NCBI GenBank assembly: GCA_964016885.1
Contig: OZ024762.1
Span: 20,584,001 to 20,648,000 of the forward strand
From: Eledone cirrhosa
Lineage: Eukaryota
Reading direction: 5' to 3'
Length of the DNA: 64,000 nucleotides
How positions within the stretch are numbered: position 1 is the first letter of the stretch; every line of letters begins with the position of its first letter. Under the pieces are notes generated by a model. The model saw only the letters and a list, made by a program, of their open reading frames with translations. It did no database searches and was not told the DNA's origin. Below are positions 42,045-56,207 of the stretch, piece by piece. Made by a program: the position numbers and the translations under genes.

Positions 42045-44262
42045 ATTTCTCTATAGAATTCTCTCAGTTCAGTTCTACATTGAATTTACTATTGCAACAA
42101 CATGGTTTTATTAGTTGTGTTAATGGCTTTTACAACTGAGTGATCTCGTTACCTCCAATTACTCAAGCAGTGTTTCTTTTAGTTTGTAGTAGCTGTTCTA
42201 GATGAACATATTTATCATCATCATCATCATCATCATCGTTTAACGTCCATTTTCCACGCTAGCATGGGTCTGGATGGGAATTGTCCCACTTGAGGCAAGA
42301 TTGGTTGTCTTGCTCAGGACTGTCTGGCGGGTTTTCTACGGCTGGGTGCCCTTCCCAACACCAACCACGTTTACAGTGTGGACTGGGAGGTTTTTACCGT
42401 GTTACCTACACGGCCACATTACAGCGTGGACTGTGTGTTTTTTTGTCGTGACACCTACATGTCTGGCGGGTTTTCTATGGCTGGATGCCCTTCCCAACAC
42501 CAACCACGTTTACAGTGTGGACTGGGAACTTTTTACCGTGTTACCTACATGGCCACATTACAGCGTGGACTGTGTTTTTTTTGTCGTGACACCTACACGA
42601 CCTCATTTATTTAGGACTGGATGTTGTGGTACCAACATAACTTTACATCGAAAGGGAGTGGTGTCGATGGGGTGGGGGTGGGGGGACGGGGAGTGGGTGT
42701 ATTTTGCACTTTATTATACAGCTGTCATTTTATTATATATATATATTCTCCTAATTCTATCCTCTCACCCTGACCCTGGTACCCCCACCTTCTTTCTTCT
42801 TCTCCTCTGATAAAGGTACATGTTCATTAAATCATCATCATCATCACCGTCATCATCATGATTATTGTCATCATCATTAGCAACAATGGCAAAAACAACA
42901 AAAACAATAATATCATCATCATCATCACCACCACCACCACCACCACCACCACCACCATCACCACCATCACCATCACCACCATCACCACCACCACCACCAC
43001 CACCATCATCACCCTCATCACCACCACCACCACCACCACCACCACCACCATCACCCTCACCACCACCACCATCATCCTCACCCTCATCACCACCACCACC
43101 ACCACCATCATCACCCTCATCACCACCATCACCAACACCACCACCACCACCACCATCACCACCACCATCACCATCACCCTCACCACCACCACCATCATCA
43201 TCACCCTCATCACCATCACCACCACCACCACCATCACCACCATCACCATCACCAACACTACCATCACCATCACCCTCATCACCACCACCACCGCCACCAT
43301 CACCACCACCACCACCACCACCACCACCACCACCACCACCACCACCACCACCACCATCACCCTCACCACCACCATCATCATCATCATCAATAATAATATT
43401 AATTACTCCCTTATTTCCAACAGTTAATGTGTTGTGTGTAGCTTGCAAAATGTACACATATATACACATACACACATGCACATACATACACACATGCCCA
43501 CACACATGCACACACATACACACATGCACTCACACGGAAACAACACCTGCTCACAAACATACACACACACAGACACATACACACACATACATACATACAC
43601 ACATGCACACAGACACACATGCATACACACACAGACACATACATATATTTACATGTACATGCACACACACACACTCACACACACACATATACATGCATGC
43701 AAAGAGACAGACAAACACACACACACACACACACGCATTTACATACACATGCACACACGCACATGCATAAAACACACACAGCCACATGCATGCATTTACA
43801 TACATACGCGCACACACACACATGCATAAAACATGCACACATACAACACACACACACAGGCATACAACACACATGCATACATCAAGCACATGTATACATT
43901 TACATATAAATGCATACACGCATGCATAAACACTTGCATACACCATGCACATGCATACATTTACATACACACATACACACACATTTACATACACATGCAC
44001 ACACACACACACTACAACACAGGCATACAGGCAACCACGCAGACCAACAGACAGACACACACACAGACCAACAGACAGACAGACAGACCAACAGACACAA
44101 GTGTGTGCATATACACAGTGCTTAGAGGAAACAGTTCAGTGAACCGTGAAATAGGAATTCAATCTGTTATTTGGTTAATTCAGGCAAACTGGAGTTATTA
44201 ATATTACATGTGCCTTGTTCTGGTGGGCAACCCATAATGGCCACAGTTGGGGATAGATTTAC

Positions 44263-45235
44263 CATTAAACAAATTAGACACATGTTGAGGGTATCAATGG
44301 AACCAGGGAAACCGTTTTATATAAATTAAACACGTGTTTAGGGTATCAAGGAGAAAATGGGCACTGTTTTATATAAATTAAACACATGTTTAGGGTATCA
44401 AGGAGAAAAGGGGCACTGTTTTATATAAATTAAACACATGTTTAGGGTATCAAGGAGAAAAGGGGCACTGTTTTATATAAATTAAACACGTGTTTAGGGT
44501 ATCAAGGAGAAAAGGGGCACTGTTTTATATAAATTAAACACATGTTTAGGGTATCAAGGAGAAAAGGGGCACTGTTTTATATAAATTAAACACGTGTTTA
44601 GGGTATCAAGGAGAAAAGGGGCACTGTTTTATATAAATTAAACACGTGTTTAGGGTATCAAGGAGAAAAGGGGCACTGTTTTATATAAATTAAACACATG
44701 TTTAGGGTATCAAGGAGAAAAGGGGCACTGTTTTATATAAATTAAACACATGTTTAGGGTATCAAGGAGAAAAGGGGCACTGTTTTATATAAATTAAACA
44801 CGTGTTTAGGGTATCAAGGAGAAAAGGGGCACTGTTTTATATAAATTAAACACATGTTTAGGGTATCAAGGAGAAAAGGGGCACTGTTTTATATAAATTA
44901 AACACGTGTTTAGGGTATCAAGGAGAAAAGGGGCACTGTTTTATATAAATTAAACACGTGTTTAGGGTATCAAGGAGAAAGGGGCACTGTTTTATATAAA
45001 TTAAACACGTGTTTAGGGTATCAAGGAGAAAAGGGGCACTGTTTTATATAAATTAAACATATGTTTAGGGTGTCAAATGACCAAGGGCACTGTTTTATAC
45101 AAATTAAACATATGTTCAGGGTGTCAAGGAGGACAGGGGCACAGTTTTATTGACATTAAACACATGTTTAGGGTATCTAATGATCAAGGGCACCGTTTTA
45201 TATAAATTAAACACATGTTTAGAGTATCAAGGAGG
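44263..45235. repeat. 52-bp minisatellite, about 18 copies, homogeneous in the centre and decayed at the edges
   Basis: unit GTTTAGGGTATCAAGGAGAAAAGGGGCACTGTTTTATATAAATTAAACACRT. Confidence 0.95.
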
Positions 45236-45240
45236 AGAGT

Positions 45241-45654
45241 CACAATGTAAGGTGGTCATGTAGGTGTCACGACAAAAGGCACTCTATCCACACTGTAAAG
45301 TGGCTGTGTTGGTGTCATGACGAAAAGCACCCAGCCCACACTGTAAAGTGGTTGTGTAGGTGTCACAACAAAAGGCACCCAGTCCACACTGTAAGGTGGT
45401 CATGTAGGTGTCACGACAAAAGGCACTCTATCCACACTGTAAAGTGGTTGTGTTGGTGTCATGACGAAAAGCACCCAGCCCACACTGTAAAGTGGTTGTG
45501 TAGGTGTCACGACAAAAGGCATCCAGTCCACACTGTAAGGTGGTCATGTAGGTGTCACGACAAAAGGCACTCTGTCCACACTGTAAAGTGGTCATGTAGG
45601 TGTCACAACAAAAGGCACCCAGTCCACACTGTAAAGTGGTCATGTAGGTGTCAC
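45241..45654 (+). repeat. 48-bp minisatellite derived from the LINE/SINE 3'UTR module, about 8.5 copies
   Basis: unit CACACTGTAAAGTGGTCATGTAGGTGTCACGACAAAAGGCACCCAGTC; the same module is at 60608-60700 and inside SINE A. Confidence 0.9.
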
Positions 45655-45809
45655 ATTGCTGCCCCTATGACTCCATCAGAAGTTATGGGACCACACCATG
45701 CAGCTTGTCAGTGCATAGTCAGAATTGTTTTTAAAAGAAATTTTTTATCCTACAGAAAGTTTCTTCCCATAGAATTTCTTATAAAAAAATATCTGGTCAT
45801 GAATCTTGT

Positions 45810-46195
45810 GTAACGACCAAAAGAATATGATCACGAATATAAGCAGCCAAAATGGGATTCCTCCAAAGGGTCTTTGGAGTAACGTTACTCGATAAAGTGT
45901 GTAACTCGGAGATCAGAGAGTCACTCCAAGTAGAGCCACTACTTATCCAAATTGAGAGACCACAGTTCCGATACTGTGGTCATGTGGTTAGAATGTCTCA
46001 CAAAAGAATCGCTGAACAGATTTTACAGGCAAAAACAACCGGCAGGAGACCCAGGGGTAGACCCCGAGCAAGATGGTTGGATAACATCCATGAGCTTGGC
46101 TGGTCATGCTTGGGCATCCAGCCAGATCAGTTGGAGAAGGTTGCTTCTGACAAGACTCGCTGGAAGGAGTGTTTGAGGACTCTGCCCCTCACGAC
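45810..46195 (+). pseudogene. RTE-like LINE family 3 C-terminal fragment
   Basis: MGFLQRVFGVTLLDKVCNSEIRESLQVEPLL...RYCGHVVRM...GRRPRGRPRARWLDNI. Confidence 0.85.
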
Positions 46196-46500
46196 CCCCC
46201 CCCCCCTCAGGAATAAGGGGGGGGGGGGGCAGGGGGTAAGAAGAAAAATATCTGTATGGGAATTACATGGATGGCATTAGGAAGGGCATCCAACCATAGA
46301 TAAACCAAACCAAAACAAAACAAAAATACCATCTGAGCAAGACATGCTCACCTGACTTTTCAGGCCTTACAACATGACAGCCTATCTCTAACTCATGCAA
46401 GCATGGAAAATAGACAGTAAATGATGATGATGATGATGATGATGACGATGATAATGGTGATAGTGATGATGACAGTGATGACGATGATGATGATGATGGC

Positions 46501-46544
<44 letters not shown>

Positions 46545-46620
46545 CAGCGATGATGAGGATGATGACAATGATGATGATGATGATCATCATCATCATCATC
46601 ATGAAGATGACGATGATGAA

Positions 46621-46659
<39 letters not shown>

Positions 46660-46784
46660 ATCAAGAAGAAGAAGAAGAAGAAGAAGAAGAAGAAGAAGAG
46701 GAAGAGGAGGAAGAAGAAGAAGGAGAGGAAGAGGAAGTGGAGGAAGAAGAAGAAGAAGAAGAAGAAGAAGAAGAAGAAGAAGAA

Positions 46785-46816
<32 letters not shown>

Positions 46817-46820
46817 AGAG

Positions 46821-46864
<44 letters not shown>

Positions 46865-47330
46865 AGAAGAAGAAGAAAAAGGACAAGAAGAAGGACAAGA
46901 AGAAGAAGAAGGACAAGAAGAAGAAGAAGAGGAAGATGAAGAGGAGGAAGAAGAAGAAGAAGAAGATGAAGGACAAGAAGAAGAAGAAGAAGAAGAAAAA
47001 GAAGAAGAAGAAGAAGAAGAAGAAGAAGAAGAAGAAGAAGAAGAAGAAAGTGTTCGTTTGTAATCTGAAATAATCAGATATTTCTTCTGCTCAAACATAG
47101 AATTAGAAATGGAAGCTGCAATGAAGTAGCTAAATCATTCTTGTTAGAAAATTACAGTTGACGGAGCTTTTATTTATTGTCTACATCTCATGTGTGTGTG
47201 TGTGTACGCGCGCGTCTGTTTGTGAAAAAACGTGCATACACACACACATACATACATGCATACATACGTATATATATATATGTATATTATATACATATAT
47301 ATATATAATATATTTATATATGATATATTA

Positions 47331-47381
<51 letters not shown>

Positions 47382-47510
47382 TATAATATATAGATATATA
47401 TATTATATATATATGATATATATATAATATATATATAATATATATATAATATATATATAATATATAGATATATATATATTATATATATATGATATATATA
47501 TAATATATAG

Positions 47511-47584
<74 letters not shown>

Positions 47585-47971
47585 ATATACATATATATGT
47601 GTGTATGTGTAAAAATATGCATGCACACACATTTATACACATACATACACATATACTATTTATTTTTCTCCTTTTGTTGTTGATATTTTTGATTCCATTT
47701 CATTACTGATTTCATCTTCTTTGTTTTGGGGTTTTTTTTTGGTTTTTTAAAATATTTTTGAAATATTTAAAATTTGGCATTTTCAACTTCTGAAAGAATT
47801 GATGACAAAAAACACCCCCCAAAAAAACAGAAATATAGACAAAATTAAAAAATAAAAGGGAAAATAAAAATGTGTAATGGAGTCTGCGTGGTGCAGGGTA
47901 GAAGAGGGGATAAAATATTTATTTTCTGCTAAATTAAACTTAGACAATAAATCTTAATTTTAGATTTGCTT

Positions 47972-50129
47972 TGTAAAAGAGAACCAACAATTTTATGTCT
48001 CTCTCTGTGGCCTCTAGCAATGAAATATTTCTCTACAATAAACATATTTCCTTGTGTAAAAGAAACCCAACAATTTTATGTCTCTCTCTGTGGCCACTAG
48101 CAATGAAATATTTCTCTACAATAAACATATTTCCTTGTGTAAAAGAAACCCAACAATTTTATGTCTCTCTCTGTGGCCTCTAGCAATGAAATATTTCTCT
48201 ACAATAAACATATTTCCTTGTGTAAAAGAAACCCAACAATTTTATGTCTCTCTCTGTGGCCACTAGCAATGGAATATTTCTCTACAATAAACATATTTCC
48301 TTGTGTAAAAGAAACCCAACAATGTTATCACGTCTCCCTCTGTGGCCACTAGCAATGAAATATTTCTCTACAATAAACATATTTCTTTGTGTAAAAGAAA
48401 CCCAACAATTTTATGTCTCTCTCTGTGGCCACTAGCAATGAAATATTTCTCTACAATAAACATATTTCCTTGTGTAAAAGAAACCCAACAATTTTATGTC
48501 TCTCTCTGTGGCCTCTAGCAATGAAATATTTCTCTACAATAAACATATTTCCTTGTGTAAAAGAAACCCAACAATTTTATGTCTCTCTCTGTGGCCACTA
48601 GCAATGAAATATTTCTCTACAATAAACATATTTCCTTGTGTAAAAGAAACCCAACAATGTTATCACGTCTCTCTCTGTGGCCACAAGCAATGAAATATTT
48701 CTCTACAATAAACATATTTCCTTGTGTAAAAGAAACCCAACAATTTTATGTCTCTCTCTGTGGCCACTAGCAATGAAATATTTCTCTACAATAAACATAT
48801 TTCCTTGTGTAAAAGAAACCCAACAATTTTATGTCTCCCTCTGTGGCCACTAGCAATGAAATATTTCTCTACAATAAACATATTTCCTTGTGTAAAAGAA
48901 ACCCAACAATTTTATGTCTCTCTCTGTAGCCACTAGCAATGAAATATTTCTCTACAATAAACATATTTCCTTGTGTAAAAGAAACACAACAATTTTATGT
49001 CTCCCTCTGTGGCCACTAGCAATGAAATATTTCTCTACAATAAACATATTTCCTTGTGTAAAAGAAACCCAACAATTTTATGTCTCTCTCTGTGGCCACT
49101 AGCAATGAAATATTTCTCTACAATAAACATATTTCCTTGTGTAAAAGAAACCCAACAATTTTATGTCTCTCTCTGTGGCCTCTAGCAATGAAATATTTCT
49201 CTACAATAAACATATTTCCTTGTGTAAAAGAAACCCAACAATTTTATGTCTCTCTCTGTGGCCACTAGCAATGAAATATTTCTCTACAATAAACATATTT
49301 CCTTGTGTAAAAGAAACCCAACAATTTTATGTCTCTCTCTGTGGCCACTAGCAATTAAATATTTCTCTACAATAAACATATTTCCTTGTGTAAAAGAAAC
49401 CCAACAATTTTATGTCTCTCTCTGTGGCCACTAGCAATGAAATATTTCTCTACAATAAACATATTTCCTTGTGTAAAAGAAACCCAACAATTTTATGTCT
49501 CTCTCTGTGGCCACTAGCAATGAAATATTTCTCTACAATAAACATATTTCCTTGTGTAAAAGAGAACCAACAATTTTATCATGTCTCCCTCTGTGGCCAC
49601 TAACAATGAAATATTTCTCTACAATAAACATATTTCCTTGTGTAAAAGAAACCCAACAATTTTATGTCTCTCTCTGTGGCCACTAGCAATGAAATATTTC
49701 TCTACAATAAACATATTTCCTTGTGTAAAAGAAACCCAACAATTTTATGTCTCTCTCTGTGGCCTCTAGCAATGAAATATTTCTCTACAATAAACATATT
49801 TCCTTGTGTAAAAGAAACCCAACAATTTTATGTCTCTCTCTGTGGCCACTAGCAATGAAATATTTCTCTACAATAAACATATTTCCTTGTGTAAAAGAAA
49901 CCCAACAATGTTATCACGTCTCTCTCTGTGGCCACTAGCAATGAAATATTTCTCTACAATAAACATATTTCCTTGTGTAAAAGAAACCCAACAATTTTAT
50001 GTCTCTCTCTGTGGCCTCTAACAATGAAATATTTCTCTACAATAAACATATTTCCTTGTGTAAAAGAAACCCAACAATTTTATGTCTCTCTCTGTGGCCA
50101 CTAGCAATTAAATATTTCTCTACAATAAA
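47972..50129. repeat. 83-bp satellite, about 26 copies, with recurrent 86-bp variants
   Basis: unit TGTAAAAGAAACCCAACAATTTTATGTCTCTCTCTGTGGCCACTAGCAATGAAATATTTCTCTACAATAAACATATTTCCTTG. Confidence 0.95.
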
Positions 50130-50987
50130 CCTATATTGCAATATCAGTGAATATTTCTATAATATAAATTACTATGGTGACTACCAGCACCAGCAATCGT
50201 CATCAACACCACCACCACCATCACAACAACTACCATCACTGCCACCATCACCACCACTAACATCACCAGCACCATCACTACCACTACCATTACCATTACC
50301 ATCATCACCACCACCATCACCACCACTAGCATCATAGCCAGCACCACCACCACCACCACTACCAGCAACAGCACCACCAATAGCCATCAACAGAATAGAA
50401 AAAAAAGAGAGAATTGCTCAGTGATGCATGTGAAAAATGGAAGCAATGAAAAGAAGAGAAGATTTGAAATATAAAACAATGAAGCCAATTAGAGTGTTGT
50501 GTGAAGATTTCATCAATGAGACTTTCACGTTGGAACAACAAAATCTCCATAGAATAGCAACGTTAACAAAATTCCCCAAATCCCTCTACTTCATGTTTCC
50601 TGTCCCAAACATTCATACACACCACCCAGTACATGTTAGGTTCAAGGGAATAATGTAGCTACAATAATGATGTTGTATTTGAAATAATGTGTTGGATGAT
50701 AGCGATAGATTTAACAGATCATCTGATCTGTTTTGATCCTTTTGATAGCAAACCACCTGACACCACTCCTGGGCAAAGGCATGACTAGGTAAAATAGCAC
50801 CTATGGCAAGCAGTGAAATTGCACCCCTACCCAGCACTGTATTTTTACCTATGGGTTTAATAATTTATATAAATTGTTTAATGACCCAGCCACCATAGTG
50901 TTCTCATCCGTGATAATCAGAGAGAGATCATACATCTGAAGGAGTTTTTTTGCTTTTCACTTTCCGACAAGATTTATTTGATTTTAA

Positions 50988-51372
50988 TAGATGTAGAGGT
51001 ACAGATGTACAGATGTAGAGGTATACAGTACAGTAGACTGTACAGATGTAGAGGTATACAGTATAGTAAACAGTACAGATGTTGAGGTATATAGTACAGT
51101 AGATTTTTACAGATGTAGAGGTACAGATGTACAGTATAGTAAACAGTACAGATGTAGAGGTATATGGTACAGTAGACTGTACAGATGTAGAGGTACAGAT
51201 GTACAGTATAGTAAACAGTACAGATGTAGAGGTATATGGTACAGTAGACTGTACAGATGTAGAGGTACAGATGTACAGATGTAAAGGTATACAGTATAGT
51301 AAACAGTACAGATGTAGAGGTAATCAGTACAGTAGACTGTACAGATGTAGAGGTGCAGATGTACAGATGTAA
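50988..51372. repeat. AGATGTAGAGGTACAGATGTACAG-type compound minisatellite
   Basis: direct inspection. Confidence 0.85.
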
Positions 51373-51390
51373 AGCAAACTTCAATACTCT

Positions 51391-51489
<99 letters not shown>

Positions 51490-51619
51490 GATAGCGACGT
51501 CATAATGTCGTAATGCAGACAGCCAGACATACAGACAGATATTATAAGGGCGCAACGTTATATCTATGTATCTATCTAAAAAGAAAGACTAAGAATTATA
51601 GAGAGATATCGATAAATCG

Positions 51620-51795
51620 CCTAATGCGGTCCCTAGGGCATTGAAAATTTGAAACTTTTTTTGCTCAAAACACTCAGAGGACCATAAGTATTACATGTGT
51701 AAAGTTTGAAAACAATCGATTGGGTGGTTCTCGAGTTTTAGGGAGTCAGACAGACAGACAGACAGACAGACATTCTCTGTTTTAGATATATAGAT
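51620..51795. mobile_element. Lep1/DINE-like non-autonomous Helitron end
   Basis: AAGTTTGAAAACAATCGATTGGGTGGTTCTCGAGTT...(CAGA)n...TTTTAGATATATAGAT architecture, recognised from family knowledge rather than alignment. Confidence 0.5.
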
Positions 51796-52630
51796 AATTA
51801 TGCGAGGTAAAGCCTTTGCCATGAAAATATAATAGTATATATAGAGTAATGTGAATTCTAAAGGATTAAATATCCTTCCATCTTATCAGAGACATTTCGT
51901 GTAGACGTGGTACAGAAGTGTAGACTGACAATGTCATAGAAATTGCTGTTAAGTAATTAACATAATTATATATTTAACATCTTTTCATCGTTAACTCCAC
52001 ATCTTGTCACTTGCCATCGCAGGAACAATTCAAGACAAAATACAGCAGGAGAAGACATATTGAAATAATTCTTTATTGAAGTTTTTTGTTAGTTTTGTTA
52101 GTTTTTGTTAATGTTTTTTTTTTACTACGAAAAATACGACATCTTGGAATAACAAACATGTCGCCTTGTTAACTAACTACACAACATCTGCGACTGTGTA
52201 TGTATGTGTATGTGTGTGGATGTATGTGTGTATGTGTGGATATGTGTGTGTTTATATGTATGTATGTCTGTGTGTGTATATGTGTATGTACGTATGTGGA
52301 TATGTGTGTGTTTATGTGGATGTGTGGATATGCGTGAATTTATGTGTATGTATGTCTGTGTGTGTATGTATGTGGATGTGTGTGTATTTATGTGGATGTG
52401 CGTGTGTTTATGTGTACGTGGATGTGTGTGTGTTTATGTGTATGTATGTGGATATGTGTATGTATGTGTATGTATATGAATGTGTGCTTATGTGTATGTA
52501 TGTGGATGTGTGCGTGTTTATGTGTCTGTATGTATGTGGATGTGTGCGTGTTTATGTGTCTGTATGTATGTGGATGTGTGTGTATTTATGTGTATGTATG
52601 TGGATGTGTGTGTGTCAGCGTGCATAGGTA

Positions 52631-52730
<100 letters not shown>

Positions 52731-53203
52731 AGTGTGTGTGTGTGTGTGTGTGGTAGGACTGAAATGGCCTCCACTGCTGTTGTTTAACCTCAGGTCAACC
52801 ATGATTCAACAGTCAATAGACAAATGATTAAAATCATTCTAGCCATGACCACTCCCCCTCTCTCTCTTATCTCTCTCTATCTCCCTCCTCACTCCTTTCT
52901 CTCTCTCTTATCACTGTAGATATACACACACACACCCACACCCACATATATATATAGAAGGAAGACGCAGTAGAGGAAGACCACGAAAAACATGGGCGGA
53001 GGTGGTGAGAGCAGACCTCAGATTGCTGAAACTCACAGAGGAGATGACGAAGGTCCGTGACAAGTAGAGAGATAGATGCTGTGCTGAATAGGACCCGTCC
53101 CACCCTTGCAAGCACTGGACGTAAAATGATGATGATGATATATATATATATAAGCACAAACACAGACGTATATATATATTATATATATATATATATGTAT
53201 GTA

Positions 53204-53239
<36 letters not shown>

Positions 53240-53333
53240 GTAGGAGGTGAGTTTTATTGTAGTACAATAAAGCAATATGTTGATTTAAAACTGCACTATC
53301 CACAAGTGTTTTTAACCTTCATATCATGTCTTC

Positions 53334-53405
53334 CTATTTTATCTGATGAAAACACAAATATTATTACATGATGATATCTGTTTTTGAAATGCGCATAATA
53401 AAATA
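53334..53405 (+). ncRNA. minimal hammerhead ribozyme motif (paralogue of 3394-3465)
   Basis: TATTTTAT-CTGATGA...GAAA-TGCGCA-TA-ATAAAATA. The core and stems I and III are identical to the first copy; stem II has diverged. Confidence 0.8.
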
Positions 53406-53433
53406 CATGGAACTCTTTTAACCATCTTTTGAT

Positions 53434-53500
<67 letters not shown>

Positions 53501-54069
53501 TATATATGTATTTGTATATTTATATATACATATATACATGCATCCCCTCCCACACACACATGCAGACATTTTTTTTTTTCCCCACCAAAAAAAAAATGCC
53601 TGACTGAACACATACGTTCTTTTTCTCAAAATAATTTTTTTCTGTTTTTTCCTCTTCTCCCTTTCTATTTCATCTTTTAGTTCTAATTTTGTCTTCTGAT
53701 GAAGGACTTGTGTCCAAAATATAAGGACTCTTTTTCTACTATATCAAGCATTAAACTAATATATTTCTTCATTGTACTGTGTCATTTGCTTTGTTATTTC
53801 CGTTTACTTTTTGCATAGTCCTAATAACAACCATAACCACTCACAGACCAACAACAATGAAAGACACAACCACACAACAAGGCGAACTGAAAGAAAATCG
53901 TTTTAGAAACTGTATCAAAAGATCAGGCCTCCCAGTGTGAGTAATAAGATGTGGAAGGACATTCAGACAACACCTCCCACAGAGCAGTGAAAAAGATGCT
54001 TACTACCTTCAGAGATGCCCTGTCATGGAATACACTACTACAGGAATTAACATCAACAACAATACAAAA

Positions 54070-54330
54070 CCAATATGTCTCAGAAGCCATGTAGTGTATG
54101 AGTTGAACAGCACATGCAGAGCCAACCACAACGGTTCCATTAAATGCCAAATGTGCATAACCGAATACTTGAACATTTTGAAAAAGCAATGCCTCTGAAT
54201 GTAGTGTTTCAATGCACAGAAGTATATGGAAGAAGAATAACCACAAAAATACTTGCAGAGCTGTGAGATACGATCGACCTAAGAATAGTGGAGACACATT
54301 TTATTAGGAAACAGGTGCCTACCCTAAACC
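54070..54330 (+). pseudogene. decayed GIY-YIG endonuclease domain of a Penelope-like retroelement
   Basis: Manual translation: LRSHVVYELNSTCRANHNGSIK / (frameshift) HNRILEH / KILA..DLRIVETHFIRKQVPTLN. This follows the PLE pattern VVY..C..YIG.T....R..EH....E...I....P.LN. Confidence 0.7.
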
Positions 54331-54749
54331 ATTGGAATGAAAGGGGAAAGTCGATTAAATCACCCAGTCCATGCTGTAAAGTGGTCATGTAGGAGACAAG
54401 GTAAAAAGGCTCCCAGTCCACATTGTAAATGTGGTTGGTGTTAGGAAGAGCATCCAGCCGTAGAAAACCTGCCAGGGACGGTTCTGTATGAGCGAGATGC
54501 GGTCACCCGACCAATCTTGCCTCAAGTGGGACAATTCCCGTCTAACCCATGCTAGTGTGGAAGATGGACGTTAAACGATGATGATGATGATATATATATA
54601 TATATATATATAAACTGCAGTAGGGACATTAAAGTAAATAAAGATTCTTTTCTTGTCTTGTTTGCTTTTCCCAGATATGATTATATATATATAAAATTGC
54701 GGACAAATATCGTCCACACCCTGTATATATATATATATATATATATATA

Positions 54750-55627
54750 CAGGGTGTGGACGATATTTGTCCGCAATTTTTTATGCAAATTTTTTTTACT
54801 TCCATTGTCACTCTTGTCTTCATAAAAACAGTGACTATATTTCCATTATTTATTTTCAGAATAATTGATTATGAATAATTTTTAACCTCCAAATTTGTGG
54901 AAGAGACACAGAGTTCTTCTTGGAATCCGAACCGGGAGGACAAATAAGGACCAGAAGATCAACTCCCAGAACAACAGGTAGCTCACTGTCTCATCCAAAG
55001 ACGTGCCCAGAGTACATGCAAAGTTTCCAGCGACAACATTGGTCTTAGGTGTCGTCAGCAGTCAAGGTGACGTCATGCCACCTCACTTCTTCCCTGAGGG
55101 CCTCAAGCTGAACACCGATGGCTACATCCGCGTTCTGAGCGAGGTAGTAAAGCCCTGGATCGACCAGGTAGCTGCAGGTAGGCCGTACGTGTGGCAGCAA
55201 GACTCAGTGCCCTGCCATATCAGCCAAAAGACCCAAGCCTGGCTGTCAGAGAACTTCGTCGACCACACTTCACCTGACATCTGGCCTCCCAGCTCGCCTG
55301 ACTGCAACCCCCTCGACTTCTTTGTGTGGGGCGCAGTGGAACGAGACACCAACAGATCTAGCTGCAATACAAAAGACGATCTGAAGGTCAGGATCACATG
55401 TGCCTTTAGGGGCCTAAGTCGGGGGACAGTGACGAAGACCTGTAGCCGGTTCCAAGGCCGCCTTGAGGCCGTCATCAAAGCCAATGGCGGGTTTATTGAG
55501 TGAGATCGAAAGAACAAATCATGAAGACAAACTGACCCAAGTTTGATAAATATACCTTAAAAAATAAAACTACTGTGTTATTTTTTCCTAGACAGTAATC
55601 TTGCGAACAAATATTGTTCGCACCCTG
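54750..55627 (+). mobile_element. internally deleted Tc1/mariner transposon, DD37D (maT) type
   Basis: TA-flanked TIRs CAGGGTGTGGACGATATTTGTCCGCAA / TTGCGAACAAATATTGTTCGCACCCTG. ORF 55003..55503 has WQQD-x37-D (WPPSSPDCNPLDFFVW). Confidence 0.92.
55003..55503 (+). pseudogene. transposase catalytic-domain C-terminal fragment
   Basis: QQDSVPCH...WPPSSPDCNPLD; the DNA-binding domain and first Asp are missing. Confidence 0.9.
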
Positions 55628-56153
55628 TATATATATATAATCATATCTGGGAAAAGCAAACAAGACAAGAAAAAAATCTTACTTTAATGTTCCTACTGCA
55701 GTTTCATTGAGAAATTATATATTTATATATAATATCAGTTTTATGTTGATTTTTTTCAAGCTGTTAGGGGTTGGATGTTTGAAGCAGAATTCTCCAGCCA
55801 GATGCCAACTTCAGCTAATTGGTTATGTAAGACATGGATCTTAAATATGGCCAACTGGTGAGGACCTGGATGTTGGTTTATGTGAAACGTAAAGTAATAT
55901 CACCGCTAATGGTGACAGAAGCAAAGAAACAGAGATAGACATACTTTCACATTTATGTACACATCCACACACACACACACATCACGCATACATACACACA
56001 CATGCACACATACACACATGATGGTATTTATACATATTCCATCAAACAAATTCACTCACAAGTCATTATTTTGTCTGTGACTATATTTATACCTGCAAGA
56101 CAGCAAGTTTGTGCTAATATATAAATGTATAAGTATGTATGCATTTATGTACG

Positions 56154-56207
<54 letters not shown>

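Noticed and set aside
44290-45235. Telomeric repeat (TTAGGG in each 52-bp unit)
   Set aside because: There is only one hexamer per unit and no tandem (TTAGGG)n.
47995-50337. Tandem family of 62-aa ORFs
   Set aside because: These are overlapping frames through an 83-bp satellite, not genes.
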